Positions 1-12,175 of a DNA stretch of 64,000 bases are shown here, one piece after another. The position numbers and the translations under genes were made by a program. Source of the DNA: Octopus vulgaris (taxonomy: Eukaryota); the NCBI GenBank assembly GCA_951406725.2, contig OX597815.1, forward strand, positions 45,198,001-45,262,000, written 5' to 3'. The first letter of the stretch is position 1; every line of letters begins with the position of its first letter. The notes beneath the pieces are model-generated. The model saw only the letters and a list, made by a program, of their open reading frames with translations. It ran no database searches and was not told where the DNA came from.

Positions 1-28
1 GTGCTAATCTCTATGCCTGTGAGTGTCA

Positions 29-32
<4 letters not shown>

Positions 33-84
<52 letters not shown>

Positions 85-507
85 CTGTGTGCATGTGCAT
101 GAGTATGTGTATGTGTATGCGTGCATATGCATTAAGCGATTCTATTGTTATTGTCTGCCAACGTCTCTCTCAGTGTTGCTATTCTGGTTATTATTGTTAT
201 AGTTGGTTGAATCTTTAGAAATTATTTCCATATGTAAAACAATTTTATGAAGCACCACTGTGATTTACATCTATTTATCTATCTATGTATGTATCTACAT
301 ATGTGCTTGTGCATAAATGTGTGAATGTGTTCGAATGCGCATGTATGTATATATGCATGCATGTATGTATGTATACATACACGCACGCACACACATATAG
401 GCACAGTTACGTATATATATATATGTATGTAAGTATGTATCTTGGCGCATATTGGTTTATGTGTGTATGGATGTATGTGCACAAAAATCCATACTTATAT
501 TGCAATG

Positions 508-586
<79 letters not shown>

Positions 587-858
587 CATACATACATAAA
601 TTATTCACACACACACACAAACACACATTTATATATACATCTACATATATACACACACACACACATATATATAAATATATATATCTGGCTATGTGTATGT
701 ATATATATTGTACACAATCATATATCTGTGTGTGTGTGTGTGCATTGATAGATAGACAGACAAACAGAGAAGGTATGTAGGTAGGTAGGTTGGTAGGTAG
801 GTAAGAGGTTGGATGGATTGACATACAGACATACTAATATATATAAAATATATATGTA

Positions 859-927
<69 letters not shown>

Positions 928-1273
928 CATATATAAACATACATGCCTACAACATATAAACCTACATAGAAAGACACACATACAAACATACACACACATA
1001 TGCATGCGTGCATATATGTATGTACGTGTGTACATACGTATGTATGTATGTGTGTATGTTTATAAGTATGTATACAGATATGCACAAACATAACGACCCA
1101 ACAATAAAATAGCACGAACAAAATAATAAAAAAAAGTGCATTCTACTCTAAAAGTAATTTCATTTCTTTTTACTTTATTTTTCCTTATGCTGGTGGTGCT
1201 TGTTTTGTCTTGACATGTCGTTTTTCTTTTTCTTTATTTTTTCCAAATGCATTTTTTGTATTCAATTGTACTT

Positions 1274-1345
<72 letters not shown>

Positions 1346-1515
1346 GACAGTCGGACAGACAGAGACAGAGAAAGAAGGAAAGAAAAAAGAAAGACAAAAG
1401 AAAGAAAGAAAGAGCAAAAATTTCCTCGAGCGTTTGTGGGTATATTTCTAGAAAACGAAAAAATACTGCATACATATGTTCACACAACACATGCAGACAC
1501 ACACACACACACCGC

Positions 1516-1581
<66 letters not shown>

Positions 1582-1682
1582 ATATGTGTGTATATATGAT
1601 TACATACACGAGCATAAACACACACACACAGTAATATATATGTAGGAAGATGTATGTGTGTATGTGTATGTATGGCTGTTTT

Positions 1683-1716
<34 letters not shown>

Positions 1717-2140
1717 CGGGAATATGTGTGTGAAATATTGTGACAACTGTTTGATTATCCTTTTTACTGTTATAAACGCACGCACATGAACACGCATGCA
1801 CATATGTGTCTGTAGGTATGAGTGTATGAATGCATGTGTACAGTACGTATCTGAATATGTCTTTCATTTATATGTATGTACAGATGTATATATATGCACT
1901 TACATACGCTCCTGTGCACACATCTGTGTATGCATGCATTTTTTAAGTCCCCATACGTGTAATAATATGCTTGTGTGTGAGTCAATGTCTGTGAGGGTGT
2001 ATATATGTAACCATGTGTACGTGTGTGTTTGTGTAACTGTACGGTTATACACATACACATATGTATGTATGTAAACACACACACGTACACACACACATAT
2101 ATGCATCATGTATGTATGTATGTATGTATGTATGTATGTA

Positions 2141-2173
<33 letters not shown>

Positions 2174-2252
2174 ATGTATGTATGTATGTATGATGTACAT
2201 ATGTGTATGTATGTATGTATGTATGTATGTATGTATGTATGTATGTATGTAT
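33..2252. repeat. Compound microsatellite block: (TG)n, (TA)n, (GA)n, (TATG)n, (TAGG)n
   Basis: Direct reading, e.g. (TA)n ~510-575, (GA)n 1275-1341, (TATG)n 2110-2252. Confidence 0.95.
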
Positions 2253-3964
2253 GAGTGCCTCGTTTCTGTTATAATATGATGTCAATGCTAGGTAAACGAC
2301 CGTCAACGACCACTATGTTTTAAATAAATACCAGCAGATATTTACGTAAGACACCCAAAATATTTCATTCTAGTTTCCAAAAGAGATGGGTTGCGATGAC
2401 CTCTTAAAAATCATGATCGTCAAATCACGCCACCACAGCAGTAACCTGAACTCACTTCAACTAATGTTACTTCGATAAAACATAACGCCATTTAGCAACA
2501 TCATAAGAAGCTAATTGCTTTAACTAAGTCGTTCATTTGAAGAACTGAGTTCGAATTATACCAAGGGTAACTCTTGTATTGTAACATAATGTGTTAGAGA
2601 TTCACACGAACTGTCGACTAGGTTATAGAATTTGATAGTAATTCCTTACGTTACCACAAGGTCACACGCAATTGCTGCCGAAGTATCTCATTGGTTGAAA
2701 CTATCCTAGTGTATGACTCAAGTTATTTATGAGCCAGCGATGCATTGCTACATGGTCAGTCGAAGTGTTGGAAATAGCAGCCAAATTTCCTTCGGGTTCA
2801 ACAACATCAGCTAGCCAGTATAATAAAAAGCGAGACTGTTGTGGAGTAATTTGATCTCAGAAATGACAAATACAAAGACAAAACGTTTTGTGGTCATTTA
2901 TTTGCTCTTGTGTAAATGTTACGTATATCGGTGCTCATTCGTCTTTTCTCCAACCAGTTAGTCTAGGATTAGCATCAGGATCAAGATCAGAGTTAGGGTT
3001 AGTGTTTGGGTGGAGAGAAGAGACAAATAAGTGCTATACATGTATAACTTCATGTCTTGTTTGTACATCAGAGTAAGGGGGTACCGAGCTGAAGGTATTG
3101 ATTCGAGACCTTCAGATAAAATATAATATGTGTGTTGCTTTATCGTTATTGCTTGTTTCAGTCATTGGAATGTAGCTATTCTAAATGGGAACTGAAAACA
3201 GAACGATTACCAATGACCATCTAATTAAAATAACATCTCATTTATAATTTAACCGAAGGTGAAGCGTGTGTAACCTTTTCATTTGTTTTTAGATTGGTAG
3301 AAACTGTCAGTTATGTATTAGCGTTATGAGTTTTTAATGTGTTCCTAGGTCAGAAAAGGAGATGTCATAGGTGAATGAATAAGCAAAATAACAGAACTAA
3401 AAAAAGAGGCATAAAACGAGATGATGGAATAAAAAAAAATCATTAATGAAAATAGAACATAAACCTTAAACATAACATTGCCGTGGACGGGAAGTTGAGT
3501 GCTTGTGAGAGAAAGACTGTCGTTGTTATCACGATATCCTCCTTTAATGAGCAGATTTATGATTAAAGACATTCATGCCGTAATCATCTCTTACTTTTTA
3601 AACGTATTCTATATCTTGGGCTCCAATATACGATGTTATTTCTCTTTTTATGATGGCAGCATGTGATTTTAGGGTCAAGCTACCATATAAAGGCTCGCTG
3701 AGAGGTTACTACAGTTGCTGTTATTTAACCCAAGGTCTTCATCGATCGAAGCGTGTTTCATCTGCGACTATCCCATCTTGTTTTCGAGTGTAGATTATTT
3801 GATATGGAGTTCATTATCCGATATGTCTTTATTTAACATAAAGTCTTGCTGGATAGGGAGATTTGACTACTGTTTCTAGCAACAGTATGACTGCATCGAA
3901 AAGCAAATAATTTTCTGATCAACAGCAGAAAGTGATAAATTTCCATAAACCTCTAATTTATCTC

Positions 3965-4365
3965 TCTCTTGTCTTAGTCATTAGGCTCAGCCATTCTGTA
4001 GTACTACCTTGAAGGGTTCTAGCCAATAACCCCACCCACAGTACAATCTTTTTTTAAGCCTGGTGCTTACTTTCTCAGCCTCTTTTGCCGAACCGTTAGG
4101 ATAAGGTTGTCAAACGGGAGTAGGGGGAAACACAAACACTTACGCACATACGTACACACACACCCACACCCACACACTCTCACACACACATACATACACA
4201 CACACACGCACACACGCACACACACACACACACACATACACACACATTATATATATATATATATATATATATACGACGGACGTCTTTCCACGTCATCTTT
4301 CAGTTTCGATTGACTAAACCCACTCACAAGGCTTTTGTCAGCCGGTGGCTACAGTAAAAGACACT
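3965..4365 (-). mobile_element. tRNA-derived CORE-like SINE (family B), 3' part, interrupted by an LTR element
   Basis: Matches the reverse complement of the SINE at 9084/23749 (cactcacaaggct...agacact). The SINE resumes at 6185. Confidence 0.75.
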
Positions 4366-4827
4366 TGTAGCGCCCTCTCATTTAATTAAATAAAAGAGGG
4401 ATGTAGCTTGAGTGACCTTCCATAGAATGTTCTGGAACATTCCATGAATTTCCGGATAACGTGGAAGTGAGGGTCTTCCGCTCCACGTATTATGAAAGGA
4501 AAAAGCGAAAGTTAATCTTCTCCTTTTTGCATTTGAGCTTTGGGTGAGAAGCATTGAGCGTATGTGGGTTGTTCTTACAACCGTCCTCCGATTATAAGAT
4601 GTTTCGTTTTTATTTCAAGGTATTCTTATATACTATGTCGCATACAAAACATTTATAAACTATAATCTGTAAAGATGCAACACGCATCACAATGAATAAA
4701 ACCATTATTGTTCCTGTTTAAGGATTTAATTTTCTTCGAGTTGTTTTGTTCTGTTGAACGTTGAGGAGTTTTTCACCTGGCAGATGAATATGTTATAGTG
4801 ATCCTGCCAATGTCTAATTCCTCAAAG

Positions 4828-4845
4828 TGGTGACCCCGACGTGAT
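4828..4845 (+). promoter_or_regulatory. Primer-binding site complementary to the tRNA-Trp 3' end
   Basis: TGGTGACCCCGACGTGAT is the reverse complement of the eukaryotic tRNA-Trp 3' end ATCACGTCGGGGTCACCA, and starts 3 nt after the LTR-terminal CA. Confidence 0.9.
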
Positions 4846-5189
4846 CCACTTTAGTGAATTAGACACTTGGTTTTCTACTCCAGCAGACACCTCTGGCTAT
4901 CACCCAACCTCCAATGGAATGGTGGAAAGGTTTCACTGACAGTTGGAAGCTGCACTACGCGCTACTCCTGATCCGCAACGTTGGGCCGAATTCCTGCCAA
5001 TCGCTCTTCTCGGTTGTTGTTCTGCTGTTAAGACAGATTTGGGTTTCTCTTCAGGCGAACTTCTTTACAGTACCATTTGACGCTGCCTGGTCAAATGTTA
5101 GCACTGGTTGATCCAACATCATATGTCACTAGAATTCGTTCTTACTTTTTGGATTTTCTACCAATGACTTCTCGTGAACAATCAATTTC

Positions 5190-5350
5190 TTCTGCTGTTC
5201 CACGAGACATCTCCACGTGGACACACGTTTTTATACCTATAATGAACCTTTTCGTATGCTTTTGCACACACCGAAACACTTCACAGTTGATGTTAATGGT
5301 CGATAAGAGACAATATCCATTGACAGAGTAAAGAAGGCTTTCTATGAAAG
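5190..5350 (+). pseudogene. Gypsy integrase C-terminal relic
   Basis: Frameshifted peptides VPRDISTWTHVF and PKHFTVDVNGR*ETISIDRVKKAFYE resemble the conserved C-terminal ...VSIDRLKPA region of Gypsy integrases. Confidence 0.7.
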
Positions 5351-5989
5351 TCTCATTCCAATATCTGACACACCTCATACATTCACCCCCATACCAACAC
5401 CTTCACCGCCACCGCAAACACCACATACCTCTCAACCTTATGTCACATGAAATGACAGAACAGTGAATTGGCCACGTAAGTTGTCCAGAACTATATCGTT
5501 TAACCTCTTGTGGTATTAACAAACTGTTTCCTGTTCATACATCACCAGTTTGAACAAACTTTTCTGACATTCATTGTGTAAAATCTGTTACATTTACATT
5601 TTCCTGCATTATCTTTGTGCCGCAGCCATTCTTATAAAATGCATTTATGCTGTGAACCATTTCTTTCTCATTTCACATTTTGGAATTGCATTTTGTATTG
5701 ACATGTTTATATACACAGTTATTTTAGTTACACACCTTCCTTGCTATTTCTTTGCACTCTTGGTTTGTGTGCACAACTATGTAGCCCAAGGTTTCCTGCA
5801 CCAAACCCTGCAATTTTAATTACATATCATAATGTTCATGCATTTACTTGTTTTGTACCTTTCTGCTTTTTGCTTTAGTTGCAAGCTCATGTTTCTTGTT
5901 CATCCAGTTTCTTGTACCTTCATTTTTTGCTTCTCATTCTTACGGGTTCTCGCTACAATGACTTTCGATTAGTTACCTACTTGTCGTCT

Positions 5990-5999
5990 GAGAGGGGAG
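5990..5999 (+). promoter_or_regulatory. Polypurine tract
   Basis: GAGAGGGGAG immediately upstream of the 3' LTR start TGTAGCG at 6003. Confidence 0.8.
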
Positions 6000-6184
6000 T
6001 TATGTAGCGCCCTCTCAGTTAATTAATTAAATAAATAAAACAGGGATGTAGCTTGAGTGATCTTCCGTAGAATGTTCTGGAACATTCCATGAATTTCCGG
6101 ATGACGTGGGAGTGAGGGACTTCCGCTCCACGTATTATAAAAAGGAAAAACTTGAAAGTTAATCTTACCCCTATTTTATATTGA

Positions 6185-6262
6185 CCAAGGCGCCGTACAG
6201 TGGGTCTGAACTCGAAACCATGAGGCTGTGAAGCAAGCTCCTTACCACACAGCCATACCTGC
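6185..6262 (-). mobile_element. Family B SINE 5' head (continuation of 3965-4365)
   Basis: ccaaggcgccgtacagtgggtctgaactcgaaaccatg...ttaccacacagcc matches the reverse-complemented SINE head. Confidence 0.75.
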
Positions 6263-6779
6263 TAATTTCTTTTTCTTTTTTTTTTTTTCATATACAAATT
6301 TTTCACTTTTCAAAAAATGTACGACACAGCTTCACCTTTTTCTTCACACAACATATAAAGTTGTTGTGACGTCTATGGAGAAGAAACCAATAAATAAAGA
6401 AAGAGAAGGAAGCCTTCTGCAGACTCTTATTTCACTAAGTGTTGAATAAACTAAACATCTAAAATAGGAAAAGGGCGAAGAAGAAATATAAATATTTTCA
6501 ACATGTTTAAATAATTATAATCTAAAATAAGACTTCAATCAACGGATTGAAATATATCCCGTATGTTACTTTATCCCAAGAACAATTGTCTAATGTTTTC
6601 AGGTGGAAACTGTTTCTCCATTACGTCATTCATTATAACGACTAGCAACAAGTGGTTGTTCTGGAAAATATTACAGGAATTGAGCAAAAGGGGGGGTTAA
6701 CTCTCGGATGTCTGTCTGCCTGGTTCTGACTCATTCTTTTTTCACCTCGACAAAAAGACACAACAATCTTCTTCATACT

Positions 6780-7075
6780 TAGTTCCTTATCTTTTACTTC
6801 TTTAAGTCATTGAACTGCGGCCACGCTGGGGTACCGGCTCGATGAACTTAGACGAACAAGTCGACCCTACTACTTATTTTCTAAGGCTGGTACTTATTCT
6901 ATCAGACTCTTTTGCTGAGCTGCTATGTTACGAACATGTAAACAAACCAACACCAGTTTTCAAGCTTTTAGGGAAACAAACACAGTATCAAAGACACCTA
7001 CACGAATACACACACACGCACGCACACAAACACACACACACACACACACACATGCACATACACACGAATATATAT
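6780..7075 (-). mobile_element. Family B SINE, 3' half
   Basis: cttttacttc...tcattgaactgcggccacgctggg...gtacttattctatc matches the reverse-complemented family B tail. Confidence 0.65.
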
Positions 7076-7077
7076 AA

Positions 7078-9074
7078 CAGTGGCGACTGTGGTACTCGGG
7101 CTGCTCGGGCTTAGCCCGAGTATAAATTTGGTAAAGTGAACGTGTATATTTGCAAGCTGATTTAATTTCTGACAACACTGACTTCAAGTATGTAATTATA
7201 GCCAATAACTCGGGCTCCTTTTATTGAACCTGGTCGCAGTTTATATATTTTCGTTCAGCGTCTGGCGGTCGTCTTAGAGGTGTCCTGTGTCAAAAAATAT
7301 CATGTCTAGTAGACGTTCTCTCGACAGAGTTCACACGCGCCTAACTCGGGCTCAGAAGTTACAACCCGATTTGTTATCTATAATCGTAAAAATTAAAAAT
7401 AATTCAGTTTCAATGTTTTGTTGAAAAAATAAGTTTCAATAGAGATTAAGATTTAAATTCCAATCTATGAAAAGTTTCCGTTCTACGATACTCTTAAAGG
7501 AACGAAAAATTATCCAGCAACTCGGGTTAATACGAACGAGCCTGGTAGGTGTAAAGGACGTACTGACATCTCTTATCAAGAGTATAGGCGACATTCAGAT
7601 AGCTGATGTTTGTCGTGCACTCCGCTTTCATTAATTGATTGCTGTTATTCTGTTCGTCCGTGTGTAAAGATCAGTTGTGTTTTCCATGGTTGCCTTACTT
7701 TTACCCTTAACTGCGATGAATGCAGTGGCTGGCAGTCGCAAATAATTGTCATGAAAACAGAAATGGACGTACATCTCGTGGAGGTTATGGGTATAAATCT
7801 GTAATTTAGACGCATCAGGTATGACCCGATTGTCAGCAGCGCAGAGAGAACAAGCTATCGGCCGATTTCGAGCAGGGCGGCGTGACCTAGTTGTTGCGAA
7901 AGCTTGCAAATTCCATGTCAGTATCATCTTTCGCTTGCAACAGAGATACAACAACACCAACAGCACTGCAGAAGGCGTCCCCGGGTGACCACGCTTAGGC
8001 AGGACCGCTTCGTCCACCTCCCTGATCGCTTCAGACCGGCCAGTGCGACAGCTCGTGAAACCATTGGCACTGGACAGCGACCCATCAGCGACGACACGGT
8101 ACGAGGTCGACTGGCCTCCAACAACCTGCGTTGCCGTCCTCACCGACCGTTACCCTCAGGCACAAACTACAGTAGGTTACACTGCACTGACATTGGCGGC
8201 ATCAACAATGGAGGGCGATAGTCTTCTCTCACGAGAGCCGGTACTGCGTTTCCATCTTGGATGGTAGAGTGGCGGTGTGGCGTAGGAAGGGGAACGCTAC
8301 AAAGACGCATATGTCATGGAGAGATACGCGTAGGGTGGCCAAAGCATCGTGGTTTGGAGTGCTGTAGGCCTGAATCAAGGAACTGGGCCCCATGTATTTC
8401 CAAATGTTGGTGCAAGCAGAGAGAATGGCATCACAGCGCAGCGCTACGTCGACCAGATTCTAAGACCTCACATCGTGCCCTTCTTTGCACATTACTATAG
8501 CTACATGTTCAAGCAGAACAATGCTTCCTCCTACACGGCCAGGGTCACCATGGACTTCCATCAGAACCATACCGTGGCTGGCTCTCAGCCCGGATTTGAA
8601 CCCAATTGAACGCCTGTGGGATGAAATTCAGAGTCGGCTGAACCAGATGGTCACAAGGCCAACAGCTCGCGTGGAACTGGAGGTAGCTTTCCTCGGGGTG
8701 TGCGCACAGGTGCCAATAGCTTTTGTGATCCGCCTCATGTACTCCAGGTACCGACGGTGTATGGCCGTTTTGAACACCCAGGGAGGGCATACATATCACG
8801 CCCTATAATCTCGATGTGCTGGATCCGCCTACTACAAGAACACATGACTATTGTCAAAATGCATCCAAGAAATTGACTTTATCAGATTTATCAAAGTTTA
8901 TCTCTGACATAATGAAATTAAAACATATTTCAGAGCCACACACGTCTCGCGTTTCTTTTGCGGTTTAGTGTAAATCTGCTGAGTGCATTACGTTTCTTAC
9001 TTTCTTTTATACATGTGTCTTACGCGAAATCTGTGGTGAGCCCGAGTCACGCTGATGACCTGGAGTCGCCACTG
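7078..9074 (+). mobile_element. Non-autonomous DNA transposon (TIR CAGTGGCGAC) inserted in (TA)n, carrying a nested Tc1 relic
   Basis: CAGTGGCGAC at 7078 and GTCGCCACTG at 9065-9074. Segments 7078-7710 and ~9010-9074 align with the uninterrupted copy at 34312-35055. Confidence 0.8.
7821..8808 (+). pseudogene. Tc1-family DDE transposase, frameshifted
   Basis: MTRLSAAQREQAIGRF (HTH start), RPRVTTLRQDR, MVWSAV...YVDQILRPHIVPF...FKQNNASSYTAR and WLALSPDLNPIERLWDEI. A Tc1-type right end gcgtttcttttgcggtttagtg|ta lies at ~8970. Confidence 0.88.
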
Positions 9075-9083
9075 ATATATATA

Positions 9084-9515
9084 GGCGCAGGAGTGGCTGT
9101 GTGGTAAGTAGCTTGCTTACCGACCACATGGTTCCGGGTTCAGTCTCACTGCGTGACAACTTTGGCAAGTGTCTTCTACTATAGCCTCGGGACGACCAAA
9201 GCATTGTGACTGGATTTAGTTGACGGAAACTTAAAGAAGCCCGTCGTATATATTTATATGTGTGTATGTGTGTGTGTGTGTATGTGTGTGTGTGTGTATG
9301 TGTGTGTATGTGTGTGTTTGTCCCCCAACATCGCTTGGCAACCGATACTGGTGTGTTTACGTCCCCGTAACTTAGTGTTTCGGCAAAAAAACCAATAGAA
9401 TAAGTACTAGGCTAACAAAGAATAAGCCCTGGTGTCAATTTGTTCGACTATAGGCGGTGCTCCAGCATGGTCGCAGTCAAATGACTGAAACAAGTAAAAG
9501 AATAAAAGTATAAAA

Positions 9516-9518
<3 letters not shown>
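9084..9518 (+). mobile_element. Family B CORE-like SINE, full length
   Basis: tRNA-like head ggcgcaggagtggctgtgtggtaag...ggttcagtc, a CORE-like ttggcaagtgtc segment, an internal TA/TG microsatellite and a (taaaaga)n tail. Confidence 0.85.
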
Positions 9519-9566
<48 letters not shown>

Positions 9567-9568
<2 letters not shown>

Positions 9569-9944
9569 CGCAGGAGTGGCTGTGTGGTAAGTAGATTTTC
9601 AGTCCCACTGCGTGGCATCTTGGGCAAGTGTCTTCTACTATAGCCTCGGGCCGACCAAAACCTTGTGAGTGGATTTGGTAGACGGAAACTGAAAGAAGCC
9701 CGTCGTATATATGTATATATATATGCGTGTGTGTGTTTGTGTGTCTGTGTTTGTCCAGCTAGCATTGCTTGACAACCGATGCTGGTGTGTTTATGTCCCC
9801 GTTACTTAGCGGTTCGGCAAAAGAGACCGATAGAATAAGTACTGGGCTTACAGTACGGGGTCGAGTTGCTCGATTAAAGGTGGTGCTTCAGCATGGCCGC
9901 AGTCAAATGACTGAAACAAGTAAAAGAGTAAAAGAGTAAAGAGT
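9567..9944 (+). mobile_element. Family B SINE with a small head deletion
   Basis: Same organisation as 9084-9518. Confidence 0.85.
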
Positions 9945-10083
9945 ATATATATATATATACTGAGTTATCCGGTGCCTCCGCCCGGAAATAATATATACAG
10001 CACAGAATCCGGAAACCGAACTTGTGAGCCTATAGCTGAGGTAGGGCCTTTCCTCCGTTACATACACACACACGCGTGCATGT

Positions 10084-10146
<63 letters not shown>

Positions 10147-10216
10147 TGTGTGTGTGTGTGTGTGTGTGGTGTACAAACAAGCCATACAGTGATTCCTTTA
10201 ATATGTTCGTTTGCGA

Positions 10217-10432
10217 AGGCGGCGAGCTGGCAGAAACGTTAGCACGCCGGACGAAATGCTTAATAGTATTTCGTCTGTCTTTACGTTCTGAGTTCCAGTA
10301 CCACCGAGGTCAACTTTGCCTTCCATCCTTTCGAGGTCGCTAAATTAAGTACCAGTTGCGTACTGGAGCCGTTCTAATCGACTGGCCGCCCCTTCCCAAA
10401 AGTTTCGGGCCTTGTGCCTAGAATAGAAAAGA
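10217..10432 (+). mobile_element. tRNA-derived SINE family A
   Basis: aggcggcgagctggcagaaacgttagcacgccg...gagttc...tttgccttccatcctttcgaggtc...aagtaccag; many copies in this window. Confidence 0.85.
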
Positions 10433-10689
10433 AAATTTTCCTTTGCTCTCTTTTAAAAATATCTTCAGCATTTTAGTAATCCTTTTGGCACGAGAGAGAG
10501 AGAGAGAGGGGGGGCGAGAGGGGCTGAGAAAGAGAGACAGAATAATAGGGTGAGAGAGACATTTGGCAGTCAGAGAATGACAGAAAGAGCGAATGCGTGA
10601 GGGGGAGAGAGAAAGTGAGAAAGAGGAGTCATATTTCAAGTGTTAAATAATCACAACCTTCATTCTATCTTTCACTCACATTGATAGTT

Positions 10690-11045
10690 TTTCTGTTTCT
10701 CTCTATTCCTCAATGTTTACCTCTATGTCTTTCTTTCTTCCTCACTCTCCCCTCTCTCTCTTTCTCTTTCCTTCTCGATCTCATTTGTTACAATTGATCT
10801 CAGTTCAAACTAAACTTCTGCAAACCTTCTCCGACTTTCTCTACCTTTCTCTCTCTCTCTCTCTCCCATTCTCTGTATTTCTCTCCTCCTTTTCTCTCAC
10901 ACACACACATTTCTCTCTCCCCTCCCTCTCTCTCTCTCTCCCTCTCCCTCTTTCTCTACGTACCTCCCATACTCCTCTCTCCATTTTCGAACGAACTCCT
11001 TCCCCAGACCTTCCTCTTCCTTTCTTTCTCTCATTTCTTCTAAAA

Positions 11046-11092
<47 letters not shown>

Positions 11093-11170
11093 TACCCTGT
11101 TAATTCCATTCCTCTCTCTCAGCCCCCTTCTATCCCCCTCTCTCCTCTCTGTCTTTTTCTTTCTCCTTTC
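10690..11170. repeat. CT-rich low-complexity tract
   Basis: Degenerate (CT)n. Confidence 0.85.
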
Positions 11171-11687
11171 TGTTCTTGGCTTCAAGGGAATAAAGAAAAC
11201 AAATCGGCCGTCATTTATAATAGGTAAGACTTAAGATTAAAATAAGCAAACATTCGCATCCCTTCTCTCCGTCGCTCCTTCAAGACTGTCTTTTACTGAT
11301 CTTCTACATAGTATTCCGTCTGTTTGTTATCTGTCGGTTCTAGGTCATAGCGATCGCCCTTTACGACGAGTAAGAAACGTAAGATATGCGGTATAAAATA
11401 GACAGGCATCTATAGTTCACTTCTTAATTATGAAGGTGTTATGTATGAGAGAACATCCGATATGCTTGTTGTGTTTTTTCATTGTGTACACGTGTCCATT
11501 GATCAATAGGAATATATCTACCTAACAGAATAGACCTGTTTAATCTGAGAAGAGGTTTGTATTACATTGTCGTGCGTTTGGGACTTTGGGTAGGGTAGGA
11601 ACGACGAAGACCAACGCACACGCCTACGCGCACACCCAAATATAAATAATCCGATACACAGCGAAATTTTTATAGAAAATATGTCAT

Positions 11688-11793
11688 TGTTCAGTTTTAT
11701 TTCAAGATTTCTTACCAAAAGAGAAAGAGCCGGTTTCTAACCTAGATCCAAGGCCCTTTCATTGGAATTTCGACATCAACAACAGGGTATTTT
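11688..11793 (-). repeat. Dispersed repeat fragment (inverse copy at 42457-42572)
   Basis: ttcaagatttctt...gagccggtttctaacctagatccaagg...aacagggtatttt is the reverse complement of the 42457-42572 segment. Confidence 0.7.
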
Positions 11794-12000
11794 TGCTTGT
11801 ATGTATGTATATTTGCAGATTTGTAGGTTTTGTTTTATGTATATATTCTCATGCATATAGTTGCATATCTAAACATGCTCGTATATATGCACACACGTAC
11901 ACATGTATGCATATATTATATATATGTATATCTTATCTATATGCGCATATTATGAATATTATATATATGCATATATCATATATGTGAGAAGACTGACAGT

Positions 12001-12022
12001 GACAATAATAACAATAATAATG

Positions 12023-12086
<64 letters not shown>

Positions 12087-12132
12087 CAACAACAACAACA
12101 ATAACAACAACAATAACAGTAATAATAATATT

Positions 12133-12165
<33 letters not shown>

Positions 12166-12175
12166 AATAATAATA
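12001..12175 (+). repeat. (AAT)n/(AAC)n microsatellite, target of the adjacent LINE
   Basis: Direct reading. Confidence 0.95.

Larger units (their letters stand above)
4366..6184 (+). mobile_element. Internally deleted Ty3/Gypsy LTR retrotransposon (CsRn1-like by PBS type)
   Basis: 5' LTR TG...CA at 4366-4824. Its first ~180 bp repeat at 6003-6184 (truncated 3' LTR). PBS at 4828-4845, PPT at 5990-5999, and integrase C-terminal relic inside. Confidence 0.88.

Noticed and set aside
33-2306. Dozens of ORFs rich in YI/CV/HT/ER repeats here and across the window (e.g. 27503-28309, 60243-61031)
   Set aside because: Translations of dinucleotide and tetranucleotide microsatellites that lack stop codons; no evidence of coding.
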